A stretch of 64,000 nt of DNA from NCBI GenBank assembly GCA_024228495.1, contig JAAETJ010001012.1, positions 1,434 to 65,433 of the forward strand. The letters are read 5' to 3'. A program made the translations under genes and the position numbers. Positions within the stretch are counted from its first letter, which is position 1; the number at the start of each line of letters is the position of its first letter. Of the stretch, positions 8,943 to 18,709 are shown one piece after another. The notes beneath the pieces are model-generated. The model did not search any database and was not told where the DNA came from. It saw nothing but the letters and a program-made list of their open reading frames with translations. The stretch comes from a bacterium. Its GTDB lineage: Bacteria; Pseudomonadota; Alphaproteobacteria; Rhizobiales; JAKIUO01.

Positions 8943-10925
8943 ATGACATCATCAGACGAACAGAGCGAAACAAACAACGAAACAATCAATGAAACATCTT
9001 ATGAGTTTCAAGCCGAAGTCGCGCGACTACTGGAGCTGATGGTGCATTCGGTCTATTCCGAACGCGAGGTGTTTTTGCGCGAGTTGATCAGCAATAGTGC
9101 CGATGCCCTCGATAAATTGCGCTATAAAGCGCTCACCGATGAAACCATGATGCCCGATGATCTTAAACTGGCCATCACACTTGTTGCCGACAAGGAGACC
9201 AAGACGCTCACCATCATCGATAATGGCATCGGTATGAGCAAGTCTGAACTGGTGGAAAATCTTGGCACCATCGCGCGCTCTGGTACCAAGGCCTTCATTG
9301 ATCAAATCAAGCAAGGTGATGACAGCAATAAGGCAAGCCCTGACCTCATCGGTCAGTTTGGCGTTGGCTTCTATGCCGCTTTCATGGTGGCTGACCGCGT
9401 TGATGTTATTTCCAGGAGAGCTGGATCAGATGAAAGCTTTCAGTGGACCTCGGATGGGAAAGGGATGTTTGACATCACCGCCCTTGAACAAGAACAAGCT
9501 TTTGGCACCAGCATCACCCTACATTTGAAGGACGATGCTGTGGAATTTCTTGAAGAAAGCGAAATCCAGCGCATCGTGCATACCTATTCTGATCACATTT
9601 CCTTCCCTATCTTCCTCAAAGGCGAGGAAAAGGCACCGACGGATAATGATGAGAAGAGCGAGACGGAGGATGCACAGCAACAGCTCAACGCCGCCAATGC
9701 TCTTTGGACCCGCTCCAAAAACGACATTACCCCTGAGCAGTACAAAGAATTTTATCACCATACGGCCAGCGCCTTTGATGATCCGGCCTTGACCATTCAC
9801 TACACCGCCGAGGGGCGCCAGCTTTATACCAGCTTGTTATTCGTGCCCTCCATGCCGCCTTTTGATCTTTATGACGCCCAGCGCAGCGCCCATATCAAAC
9901 TGTTTGTAAAACGCATTTTCATTACCGATGATGCCGAAATCCTACCCCCTTATCTGCGCTTTGTGCGCGGCATCGTCGATAGCGAAGACATCCCCCTCAA
10001 CTTGTCGCGCGAAATGCTGCAAAATAATCCGCTGCTCGCATCCATCCGCAAAGCAGTGACTAACAAAGTATTGTCTGAGCTGACCAAGCTGGCCGACAAT
10101 GAAGCGGAAAAATATTTGCAGGTCTGGGAGCATTTTGGGGCCGTCATGAAAGAAGGCCTCTATGAGGACGTCGAGCGCCGCGACACGCTTTACAAACTGA
10201 CGCGCTTCAAATCGACCCTTAACGAACTCGACACCAGGGTTGAGAGCGACAAGTCCGATGACACTGGTTGGCGCTCCCTTGACGACTATATCAAAGACAT
10301 GCCCGAAGGCCAGACCGCCATCTATTATCTGGCGGGCGACAATATGGATCAGTTGAAAGCCAGCCCGCAGCTTGAAGGATATATGGCCCGCGGCCTTGAG
10401 GTATTATTGCTTGCCGATCCGGTCGACAGCTTCTGGGTGTCAACCGCGGCCGGGTTTGAGGGCAAACCCTTCACCTCGATTACACAAGGGTCTGCAGCTC
10501 TTGATGACTTGCCCGTACAAGAGGGTGACGAAACTGAAAAATCTGATGATAGTGATAGCGACGCTCTGCTAGATCGCATGAAAACGGCGCTCGTAGAAGA
10601 TGTCGCCGATGTGCAAAAATCATCCCGCCTTGTCGCCAGCCCCGCCTGCCTGATCGCCTCGGCGCAAGCTCCCGACCGGCAGCTGGAAAAAATGCTGGCC
10701 CAGCAAAAAGGCGGTTCCATACCAAGCGTCAAACCAATCCTTGAGATCAATGCCTCGCACGCGATGGTCAAAGCGCTCAACAGCGCCATTATTGATAATA
10801 AGGAAAAGCGTTTTAGCGACCTTGCCTTTTTGCTGCTTGATGAGGCTCGTATTCTGGAAGGCAATGCACCAAAAGATCCTGCGAAATTTACGGAGCGTTT
10901 GAACAGGCTGTTGCTGGAGGGGTAG
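8943..10925 (+). CDS. htpG: Molecular chaperone HtpG (Hsp90)
   Basis: FQAEV..LL.LMVHSVYS.REVFLRELISN, DNGIGM, NLGTIARSGT, IGQFGVGFY, DIPLNLSREMLQ. Confidence 0.97.
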   Translation: MTSSDEQSETNNETINETSYEFQAEVARLLELMVHSVYSEREVFLRELISNSADALDKLRYKALTDETMMPDDLKLAITLVADKETKTLTIIDNGIGMSKSELVENLGTIARSGTKAFIDQIKQGDDSNKASPDLIGQFGVGFYAAFMVADRVDVISRRAGSDESFQWTSDGKGMFDITALEQEQAFGTSITLHLKDDAVEFLEESEIQRIVHTYSDHISFPIFLKGEEKAPTDNDEKSETEDAQQQLNAANALWTRSKNDITPEQYKEFYHHTASAFDDPALTIHYTAEGRQLYTSLLFVPSMPPFDLYDAQRSAHIKLFVKRIFITDDAEILPPYLRFVRGIVDSEDIPLNLSREMLQNNPLLASIRKAVTNKVLSELTKLADNEAEKYLQVWEHFGAVMKEGLYEDVERRDTLYKLTRFKSTLNELDTRVESDKSDDTGWRSLDDYIKDMPEGQTAIYYLAGDNMDQLKASPQLEGYMARGLEVLLLADPVDSFWVSTAAGFEGKPFTSITQGSAALDDLPVQEGDETEKSDDSDSDALLDRMKTALVEDVADVQKSSRLVASPACLIASAQAPDRQLEKMLAQQKGGSIPSVKPILEINASHAMVKALNSAIIDNKEKRFSDLAFLLLDEARILEGNAPKDPAKFTERLNRLLLEG

Positions 10926-10952
10926 ACAAAATCTCCTGCGCGGTGAGCAGAA

Positions 10953-11010
10953 AAGGGCTAACCCCTTTCAACCCCGTTTTAAGTGATGGGGATTGGGGAC
11001 AAGTCCCCAA
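10953..11010. repeat. Degenerate REP-like palindromic element
   Basis: AAGGGCTAACCCCTT...CCCC..GGGG and TTGGGGACAAGTCCCCAA hairpins in an intergenic region. Confidence 0.35.
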
Positions 11011-11040
11011 CACTATCCGTGAGGATTTTTCCTAATCGCA

Positions 11041-11922
11041 ATGAGTGCAAGGTTGCGATTAAGTGTTAGGAATTCTGGTATGAGGTTTTTGATAAAGGGG
11101 TTTTTTCTAACCGCTGTGCTTGTCATGGGCGCAACTATTGCGCTGCCATTGCTACCCGGTGGTCAGCATTTTCTTGATCGTGTTGAGCGCAAGGCCCGCA
11201 TGGGATTGCATCAGGTGTTTTATCGTTGGAACAGACCCCTGCCTACAACCCCTCGCTTGAAAAAACTAAAAGCACGATTGAACTATCAGGGGCTCGAACT
11301 TGGCGCACCGATCTTCATGCGCATTTTCAAAAAAGAAGCCAGGCTGGAAATCTGGATCAAGGATAAAAAAAGCTTCAAGCGGTTTGCCAGCTATCCGATC
11401 TGCTATTATTCGGGGCGCCTTGGTCCCAAACAAAAACAAGGCGACCGGCAAGCGCCCGAAGGCTTTTATAGCGTCTCCAAGCACCAGCTCAATCCCAATT
11501 CGCGCTGGCATCGCTCCTTCAATCTTGGCTATCCCAATCTGTTTGATCGCTCGCACAAACGCACCGGCAATTATTTGATGGTGCATGGTGGCTGCTCGTC
11601 AATTGGATGCTATGCCATGACCAATGATGTCATTGACGAAATCTGGACCATCATCACGCAAGCCCTCAGGCACAGCCAGCCGCGCTTTGCAGTGCATGTC
11701 TATCCGTTCAAAATGAGCCAGCACAATATGAAGCGTTATCGCAAAAACAAATGGCATTCGTTCTGGAAAGACTTGCAAAAAGGCTATGATCTGTTCGAGC
11801 AGACCAAAGTGCCTCCCAAAGTCAGCGTCTGCAAGGGCCGCTATCAAACAAGCCCGGGGCGCAAGGGATCAACTGGCAACGCCGCCCTTCGCAAACAATG
11901 TGTGCGAGAAGTAAGGCTATAA
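11041..11922 (+). CDS. YafK/DpaA-type L,D-transpeptidase family protein
   Basis: IFMRIFKKE..LEIW, YPIC..SGRLGPK...GDRQAPEGFY, FNLGYPN, MVHGGCSSIGCYAMT; N-terminal membrane anchor; alternative start ATG 11080. Confidence 0.9.
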   Translation: MSARLRLSVRNSGMRFLIKGFFLTAVLVMGATIALPLLPGGQHFLDRVERKARMGLHQVFYRWNRPLPTTPRLKKLKARLNYQGLELGAPIFMRIFKKEARLEIWIKDKKSFKRFASYPICYYSGRLGPKQKQGDRQAPEGFYSVSKHQLNPNSRWHRSFNLGYPNLFDRSHKRTGNYLMVHGGCSSIGCYAMTNDVIDEIWTIITQALRHSQPRFAVHVYPFKMSQHNMKRYRKNKWHSFWKDLQKGYDLFEQTKVPPKVSVCKGRYQTSPGRKGSTGNAALRKQCVREVRL

Positions 11923-12125
11923 AGACATACCACTGAATATTGAAAACGATTTCAAAGTTAAATATACGATAGCACCGGCTCCTTGAAACATTGATGATAT
12001 CAATCCATAACAGACCCACTTCGGATACAATTTCACTGGCATTATTTGGACGAATTGTCCTACATATCTTCAGCATCTTACGTTCAATACGTCTGGCAGC
12101 TGAACGCCCTGCGTCAAAAGCCTCC

Positions 12126-12854
12126 CTACCCCACAGCAAGACCTTGCAGATCCGTCAACTCCTTGACGCCCTTTTTGGCGAGCACCATCAACTTACCGAA
12201 ATCATCTTCGGAAAACGGTTCAGCTTCGGCGGTACCTTGAATTTCGACGATGCCGCCTTTGCCGGTCATGACGAAATTTGTGTCGGCTTCCGCGTTACTG
12301 TCTTCGGGGTAATCGAGATCAAGCACGGCTTCGCCCTTGTAGATGCCGCATGAAACGGCAGCTACACTGTCGCGCAACACGTCGGACACCTGTTTATCGC
12401 CAAACATGTCGCGAGCGGCCATCCAGTGCAGAGCATCATTGAGCGCTACCCAGGCGCCGGTGATGGATGCACATCTGGTGCCGCCATCAGCCTGCAAGAC
12501 ATCGCAATCCACCATGATCATGCGTTCGCCAAGGACTTTCATATCGACCACGGCGCGCAAGGAGCGGCCAACGAGACGGGTGATTTCCTGGGTACGACCT
12601 CCGACCTTGCCCATTGTGCTTTCGCGGCGCATGCGCTCAGATGTGGAGCGTGGCAGCATGGAATATTCAGCCGATACCCAGCCCTTGCCGCGACCCTTCA
12701 GCCACGGCGGCACGCGCTCTTCAACGCTGGCCATACACAAAACATGGGTATTGCCGCATTTTGTCAGGCACGAACCCTCGGCATGCATGGAGACACCGCG
12801 CTCGAAACTAACGGGGCGCATTTCATCATTTTGGCGTTTGCTTGGTCTATTCAA
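12126..12854 (-). CDS. rph: Ribonuclease PH
   Basis: [68 protein letters not shown]; likely TTG start at 12854 behind GAGGGA. Confidence 0.96.
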   Translation of the reverse strand: MNRPSKRQNDEMRPVSFERGVSMHAEGSCLTKCGNTHVLCMASVEERVPPWLKGRGKGWVSAEYSMLPRSTSERMRRESTMGKVGGRTQEITRLVGRSLRAVVDMKVLGERMIMVDCDVLQADGGTRCASITGAWVALNDALHWMAARDMFGDKQVSDVLRDSVAAVSCGIYKGEAVLDLDYPEDSNAEADTNFVMTGKGGIVEIQGTAEAEPFSEDDFGKLMVLAKKGVKELTDLQGLAVG

Positions 12855-12978
12855 CTTTAAATTTCCCTCTATAAGGTTTATGTATGCATTGGTCGGCACC
12901 ATAATCGCGGCTGTCGTGAAAAGTCCATTCATTTGACGCTTTTTCATGCAATCTGATAGGAATGCTCAAAAATAAACA

Positions 12979-14046
12979 ATGAGGCCCCCCATCAAGAGAC
13001 TTGAAGATATTGACGAACGATCACGGGAGATTTTCCGACAGGTTGTGGAGGCCTATCTGGAAACCGGCGAACCCGTGGGTTCGCGACTGATTTCTCGGGC
13101 GCTGCCCATGCAGCTGTCTCCGGCATCTGTACGCAATGTCATGACGGATCTGGAAGAGATCGGCTTGATCTTTGCCCCGCACACCTCAGCCGGACGCATG
13201 CCGACCCAAACAGGCCTGCGCATGTTTGTGGATGGTCTGTTAGAAGTCGGCAATATCTCGCAGACTGAACGCAATCAAATCAAGAAGCAGATCGGACCGG
13301 GGGAAGGGGAAAGCGAGCGGTTGATGGAAGATGTTTTATCTGAAGCATCCGAGCTGCTGTCCGGCCTTTCGCAATGTGCTGGATTGGTGCTGGCCGACAA
13401 AAAAATGGCCCAAATCCGCCATATTGAATTTGTGCCGCTGGAGCCGACCAAAGCGCTGGTGGTACTGGTTGGAGAAGATGGTGAAGTGGAAAATCGGGTC
13501 ATTGATTTGCCTAATGGGTTGCCACCCGCCAGCCTCATCAAGGCCAGTAATTTTCTCAATGCCCATATAAAAGGGCGCTCAATCATGGAGTCACGCGCCG
13601 ATTTACAAGTCGAGCTTAAAGCGGCTGGAGCAGAATTGGATTTACTGACGGCGCGCGTTGTGGAATCCGGGATCGCCGTATGGTCGGGAGGCAATGCGGA
13701 TGCAAAAAGCCTTATTGTACGCGGCCGCTCGCACCTCATCCGCGACCTCAATGCCGATAAGGATCTCACCCGTATTCAGCAATTATTTGATGATATGGAG
13801 AGTAAAAAAGACCTTATTGAAATCCTCCAATCTGCGGAAGATGGGTCGGGTGTGCGGATTTTTATCGGTTCGGAAAATAAAAGATTTTCTTTATCGGGAT
13901 CTTCGATTATTGTATCGCCCTTCAAGGATAAACAAAAAAAGGTCATTGGCGTGCTCGGCGTAATCGGTCCAACCAGATTGAATTATGCGCGTATTATTCC
14001 TGTCGTCGATTATACAGCCCGCCTGATGGGCCGATTGCTGACTTGA
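12979..14046 (+). CDS. hrcA: Heat-inducible transcription repressor HrcA
   Basis: YLETGEPVGSR, SPASVRNVM.DLE, PHTSAGRMPT, VRIFIGSEN, GVIGPTRLNY. Confidence 0.97.
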   Translation: MRPPIKRLEDIDERSREIFRQVVEAYLETGEPVGSRLISRALPMQLSPASVRNVMTDLEEIGLIFAPHTSAGRMPTQTGLRMFVDGLLEVGNISQTERNQIKKQIGPGEGESERLMEDVLSEASELLSGLSQCAGLVLADKKMAQIRHIEFVPLEPTKALVVLVGEDGEVENRVIDLPNGLPPASLIKASNFLNAHIKGRSIMESRADLQVELKAAGAELDLLTARVVESGIAVWSGGNADAKSLIVRGRSHLIRDLNADKDLTRIQQLFDDMESKKDLIEILQSAEDGSGVRIFIGSENKRFSLSGSSIIVSPFKDKQKKVIGVLGVIGPTRLNYARIIPVVDYTARLMGRLLT

Positions 14047-14118
14047 TTTCACCAGACCTTTTTCGTATCCGGCAGAACAATTAGTGTAAAATTCATCATC
14101 ACGGAGCCATCAAGCTTA

Positions 14119-14814
14119 ATGACAAACGACAAAAAACAAGACGCCCCGAAATCGGCTGATGTGCCAGCGCAAAACGATGAAGTCGAAATTCTCATCGATG
14201 AGGATGGTGAGCTTTTGCCCGGGCCCATGGAACTGCTGGAAATCGAGATCGCCGATCTTAAAGATCGCTATTTGCGCCAGGCCGCGGACATGGAAAACCT
14301 GCGTAAACGCACAGAACGCGAGCGTACTGATATCAAAAAATATGCAGTGAGCGAATTTGCTCGCGATATTTTACCACTTTCCGACAATTTCCAGCGCGCT
14401 ATTGATGCGGTGCCAGCAGGTGCTGCCGCACAGGACGAGGCGCTCAAAAGCTTTCTTGATGGCGTTAAAATGAACGAACGCGAACTGCAAAAAGTGCTGG
14501 AGCGCCACGGGGTCACACAATTGGATCCCAAGGGTGAAAAATTCGACCCCAATCAGCATCAAGCGGTGCAGCAGATCGAGAATACCGAGCTGCCCAACAA
14601 TACCGTCGTTGAGGTATTTCAAGTCGGCTATGTGATCGCCGAACGGGTTTTGCGCCCGGCTGTTGTTTCCGTCGCCAAGGGTGGTACCAAAGCGGTCAGC
14701 ACTCACAAGGAACCACCATTTAGCATGCCAGGTACTGACGCAGAACCTGATACACAAAAAACCGACAGCGAAGATGGCGACGAACTTGGATCAAACGTCG
14801 ATAAAAGCGCTTGA
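14119..14814 (+). CDS. grpE: Nucleotide exchange factor GrpE
   Basis: ADMENLRKR, DNFQRA, GEKFDPNQHQA, GY....RVLRPAVV.V. Confidence 0.96.
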   Translation: MTNDKKQDAPKSADVPAQNDEVEILIDEDGELLPGPMELLEIEIADLKDRYLRQAADMENLRKRTERERTDIKKYAVSEFARDILPLSDNFQRAIDAVPAGAAAQDEALKSFLDGVKMNERELQKVLERHGVTQLDPKGEKFDPNQHQAVQQIENTELPNNTVVEVFQVGYVIAERVLRPAVVSVAKGGTKAVSTHKEPPFSMPGTDAEPDTQKTDSEDGDELGSNVDKSA

Positions 14815-14870
14815 TCAAGCGGCATTTACGCCAACAAGTGATACAAAGTTTGAAGAAAGAACGGTTGAAT

Positions 14871-15251
14871 ATGAGTGGAAATGAAAAAGAGTATATCGTC
14901 GCATTTGACGATAGCAGTGCTTATTGTACACGCCCGGACGCCAGCACCGAGCACGTCAACTGGAACGATATAGTCAAGGTGACGATCGAGGCCACCGGTG
15001 GCGAAAACGAGGAAGCGCCCGCCCATGTCTGGATTATATGGGGCCGCGAAAACGCATCGGGCTGCGTTTATCCAGGCGGTGCCACCGGTGCGGAACTGAT
15101 GCTTTTGGAGCTTAGAAACCGCTTGGACAAATTCGATGTGGGCGCCGTTGGTGAAGCCATGAAATCAGACAAAAACCAAACCTGGCTGTTATGGCAAGAA
15201 CCTGACACTGGCACCAACATACCAGAAGATGAAGACCGCGTCGTCAACTAG
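14871..15251 (+). CDS. Hypothetical protein
   Basis: ORF directly downstream of grpE, ATG 14871; globular-looking sequence (EHVNWNDIVKVTIE...FD...V.EAM.S). Confidence 0.7.
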   Translation: MSGNEKEYIVAFDDSSAYCTRPDASTEHVNWNDIVKVTIEATGGENEEAPAHVWIIWGRENASGCVYPGGATGAELMLLELRNRLDKFDVGAVGEAMKSDKNQTWLLWQEPDTGTNIPEDEDRVVN

Positions 15252-15269
15252 GCGGCATATACAGCCAAA

Positions 15270-16823
15270 TTGAAAGAACCGGTCATGGAAGTTGTCGTCG
15301 CGGCGGGACATGAAAGCACGGCCAAGGCCTGCGCCGATATGTTACACGCTGGCGGCAATGCTTTTGATGCCGCAATGGCGGGCATGGCTGCGTCCTGCAT
15401 CCCTGAAACCATCCTTTCATCGCTAGGTGGTGGCGGGTTCATGATGGCCTATCGGGCTGACAGGGATGAAACCGTCTTGTATGATTTCTTTGCCCAGACG
15501 CCTCGACGAAAACGCCCCACCAGCGAACTTGATTTTCAGGCCATTCACGCCGATTTTGGTCCCGCTACCCAGGAATTCCATATTGGTGCCGGTGCGAGCG
15601 CCACACCGGGGGCCATTCCGGGCCTGTTTGCCATTCACCGTGATCTGTGTACCCTGCCGCTTGCGCAAATTCTTGAACCAGCTATCGATCTGGCCCGCAA
15701 TGGCGTCAAGGTCAACGATTTTCATGCCTATCTGTTTGAGGTCATAGAGCCGATCTTGACCGGCGATGCTGCCGTTAAAGCGCTGTTTGCACCCGGCAAC
15801 TCCCTGCTCAAAAAAAACGATCTGTTCCGCAACGAGGCTCTTGCCCACACCCTTGAAGCGTTGATCGCACAAGGGGAGCCATTCTTTCGGACAGGCGATC
15901 TGGCGAAGGCCATTATTGCGCAATCAGCTCAACAGGGCGGACATCTATGTGCTGCAGACCTTACATCATACAAGGTCGAGCGACGCCAGCCGCTTACCCA
16001 AACATATCGCGATCAGCAGTTTTTTCTGAACCCAGCCCCTTGTGCAGGTGGCCCGATGATCGGCTTTGCCCTTGGTATGCTGGCACACCTTTGTCCAGAT
16101 CGTGTCCCCGACCTTTGCGACCTTGTACAAACCATGTCGCTGACCAATCATGCCCGAAGCGCCAAAACCGCTCCCCTTGAACATTTTGCAAATGACAAGC
16201 ATATCGCGCAACATCTAGCAGAAGCGCAAGACCATCACCCCTCGCACAAAGGCACCACCCATATCAGCATAATCGACTCAACTGGCAATGCGGCAGCGCT
16301 GACCATCAGCAATGGAGAAGGCAATGGGCTGATGCTGGGAGACACCGGCATTATGCTCAATAATATGCTGGGAGAAGAGGATTTGCATGATGAGGGATTT
16401 CATCGCTGGCAAGAGGACCAGCGCCTCTCCAGCATGATGGCTCCGACCATCATCAAGTCGCCCGATAACAGTCTGACAGCTCTTGGTTCAGGGGGCTCAA
16501 ACCGCATTCGTAGCGCCATATTACAGGTCGCCAGCGGTCTTATTGATCATGGCTATTCCCTTGAGAATGCCATAGATGCCCCCAGACTGCATTGCGAACA
16601 AGGCGGTCTGGTCAGTTTTGAAAATACTCCCGAAACCGCGTCATTTACCCCTATTGCCAAGCAAGAACTACTGGCAGCTTACCCCGATGCACATGGCTGG
16701 CCGGGTCAGAACATGTTTTTTGGAGGCGTGCACGGCGTGCGCAAAATGCCCAGCGGCGAATGCGAGGGGAAAGGAGACCTGCGCCGTGCCGGTATTGCCA
16801 TCAAAATCGACTCCAGCTTATGA
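15270..16823 (+). CDS. Gamma-glutamyltransferase family protein
   Basis: GGNAFDAA, SSLGGGGFM, catalytic Thr in GTTHISIID, LNNMLGE, SSMMAPT, GSGGSNRI, APRLH. Confidence 0.9.
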   Translation: MKEPVMEVVVAAGHESTAKACADMLHAGGNAFDAAMAGMAASCIPETILSSLGGGGFMMAYRADRDETVLYDFFAQTPRRKRPTSELDFQAIHADFGPATQEFHIGAGASATPGAIPGLFAIHRDLCTLPLAQILEPAIDLARNGVKVNDFHAYLFEVIEPILTGDAAVKALFAPGNSLLKKNDLFRNEALAHTLEALIAQGEPFFRTGDLAKAIIAQSAQQGGHLCAADLTSYKVERRQPLTQTYRDQQFFLNPAPCAGGPMIGFALGMLAHLCPDRVPDLCDLVQTMSLTNHARSAKTAPLEHFANDKHIAQHLAEAQDHHPSHKGTTHISIIDSTGNAAALTISNGEGNGLMLGDTGIMLNNMLGEEDLHDEGFHRWQEDQRLSSMMAPTIIKSPDNSLTALGSGGSNRIRSAILQVASGLIDHGYSLENAIDAPRLHCEQGGLVSFENTPETASFTPIAKQELLAAYPDAHGWPGQNMFFGGVHGVRKMPSGECEGKGDLRRAGIAIKIDSSL

Positions 16824-17056
16824 CTATGCAACAAACCCTCCTCATTATAGGACTTGTTCAGATCTATAACTCCTCAATTCCTAGGGACTGGACACCTAAG
16901 GAACTGATCAATTGTAGAAAAAGGGAGCATAGACATCTCAATCTACGCCCCCTCTCGCGCGGAGTAAAAGTTGCTTTTAAAGGCAATTTTCGTTGGCTGC
17001 ACAATCTAATAACAGATCAACCGCAACAATCCCGTTTTCTTGAAAACCAACAGTAA

Positions 17057-17548
17057 TTAGTTGGCTTTTGGTGCCGGAGCAGGTGCCGGAGCAGGTGCTG
17101 CAGCTGCAGGAGGAGCGACTGGTGCAGGTGCGCCATAGCCGTAAGGAGCATAACCATAAGGTGCGCCATAGCCATAAGGTGCGCCATAGCCATTGTAGCC
17201 ATTGTAGCCATTGTAGCCATTGTAGCCATTGTAGCCATTGTAACCGTTATAGCCAGAGCCAGAGCCATAACCACGATAGCCATTGTAGCCGTTGCCTGCA
17301 CCGCGTGCATTACCATTGCCCGAGAAGCCAAAGCTGAAGCCTCCATTTGCATTTCCTGAACCGTTGCCAGTACCCCAACCAGAACCATCGCCAGCACCAT
17401 AGCCACGACCGTTGCCCCAGCCATTGTTGTAACCATTGTTGTAACCATTGTTACCCCAACCCCAAGCACTTGCGCCACTAGTTACAAGAACAGTGCTACC
17501 AAGTGCGAGTACACTGGCAACCAGTGCAGATTTCATAATATTTTTCAT
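17057..17548 (-). CDS. Sulfur globule envelope protein (SgpA/SgpB-like)
   Basis: Sec signal MKNIMKS...GASA, then W/G/N/Y-rich mature part: WGWGNNGY, GFSFGFSGNGNARG, (GYN)n, YGAPYGY and a Pro/Ala tail; GAGGAGA SD. Confidence 0.8.
   Translation of the reverse strand: MKNIMKSALVASVLALGSTVLVTSGASAWGWGNNGYNNGYNNGWGNGRGYGAGDGSGWGTGNGSGNANGGFSFGFSGNGNARGAGNGYNGYRGYGSGSGYNGYNGYNGYNGYNGYNGYNGYGAPYGYGAPYGYAPYGYGAPAPVAPPAAAAPAPAPAPAPKAN
17189..17242. repeat. Intragenic 9-bp tandem repeat (GCCATTGTA)x6 encoding YNG repeats
   Basis: Six perfect copies read directly, followed by one degenerate copy. Confidence 0.95.
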
Positions 17549-17837
17549 TGTCTTTGATCTCCTCATACTATTGTTCCATAGATGCATGGGACATCTTTTC
17601 ACGGAACGATTACTACTGAGATAAATTCTATACTTATATAGCAGAATATTCAAACGTTATGTTATACTGCGACAATAAGTGACATTATAACGGCTTTTTC
17701 TCATGTACATGTTTTTCGAATATAAGAATTAAGGCATCCCGTAAAAAACGTTTTACAAATCACAGAAATTACGGAAAAAACAGTGACAGTAACCGAATTA
17801 ATCGCAATTTGTCAAGCATGGGTATAGTCTCATGTTT

Positions 17838-17900
17838 ATGGCCAGACTTGCTCGCATTGTTGTTCCTGAGCTTCCGCATCATGTCACGCCGCGGGGTATA
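17838..17900 (+). pseudogene. N-terminal remnant of a REP-associated tyrosine (Y1/IS200-like) transposase
   Basis: Translates MARLARIVVPELPHHVTPRG, the typical RAYT N-terminus (MARL.R....G.PHHVTQRG). Confidence 0.7.
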
Positions 17901-18623
17901 ACACAGTAGCTGCACACTGTCTCAAGCACTGCCATGACATATTATCTGACCACCGAATAGCGCGGCGACATCCCTGTCTTTTTGCAAGAGAGCAAGGGCG
18001 GCGTGATAGTTCATGATCATTTCAGGCCCTATTATAAATAGTTCGAGGAAATGTTGCACGCTTTGTGTAACGCCCATCATCTGCGCGAACTCAAGGCCTT
18101 GATAAAACATGATAAAGAAACCTAGGCGAGCGAGATATATCAGTTGCTGATATCGGCAAATATGTTCATAAGACAGGCCAAAGAGAAGGGTTTGCATGCG
18201 CTTTATCCGCCAATTTCGCGGTGTATTTTTGAGCTTTACGATAATATCATGCAGACCGGCCTTGTTTTTCATCGGTCATTGCCGCCGCTTGAGAAAAGCA
18301 AAAGGGGCGGAAGAGAAAAGCGCCGCCCCGGTCATAATTTGCTGCGCCGTTTGCGCGATTTCAATATGGACGTGCTGCGCTTTGCCGAGGATTTTGCCGT
18401 GCCATTTACCAATAATCTGGCTGAGCAGGATATTCGCATGATGAAGGTGCGGATGAAAATATCCGGCAGCTTTCGATCCGCAAAAGAGGCGCAGATTTTC
18501 GCCACCGTGCGTTCGATAATCTCCACCACCATAAAACAGGCCTGGAATATCCTTGCAACCCTGTCAGCAAAACCGGATGGTCTCATTCAGGAACTGAGAA
18601 CTGCGGGCTAGCTTGGGAGTTGC
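17901..18623 (+). mobile_element. Truncated IS66-family (ISBst12-like) transposase pseudogene with degenerate right end
   Basis: *LHT.S, VHDHFRPY, HALCNAHHLRELK, RRPGHNLLRRL, VPFTNNLAEQDIRMMKV..KISGSFRS; four in-frame TAG stops; CTTGGGAGTTGC resembles an IS66 terminal IR. Confidence 0.85.
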
Positions 18624-18709
18624 GAAAAAATAGCCAACCTTTATGGCAAACTGCGTAGCGTCTTTGAAATCTACGCCCTGCGCGGAGATCTTGTCGGGCG
18701 CTTGTTGCG

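Noticed and set aside
15270-16823. GGT as part of the sulfur-globule module
   Set aside because: Convergent with sgp and co-oriented with hrcA-grpE; adjacency alone is insufficient.
17189-17242. Tandem repeat as a possible CRISPR array
   Set aside because: 9-bp head-to-tail units without spacers, in frame within the Sgp gene; no cas genes.
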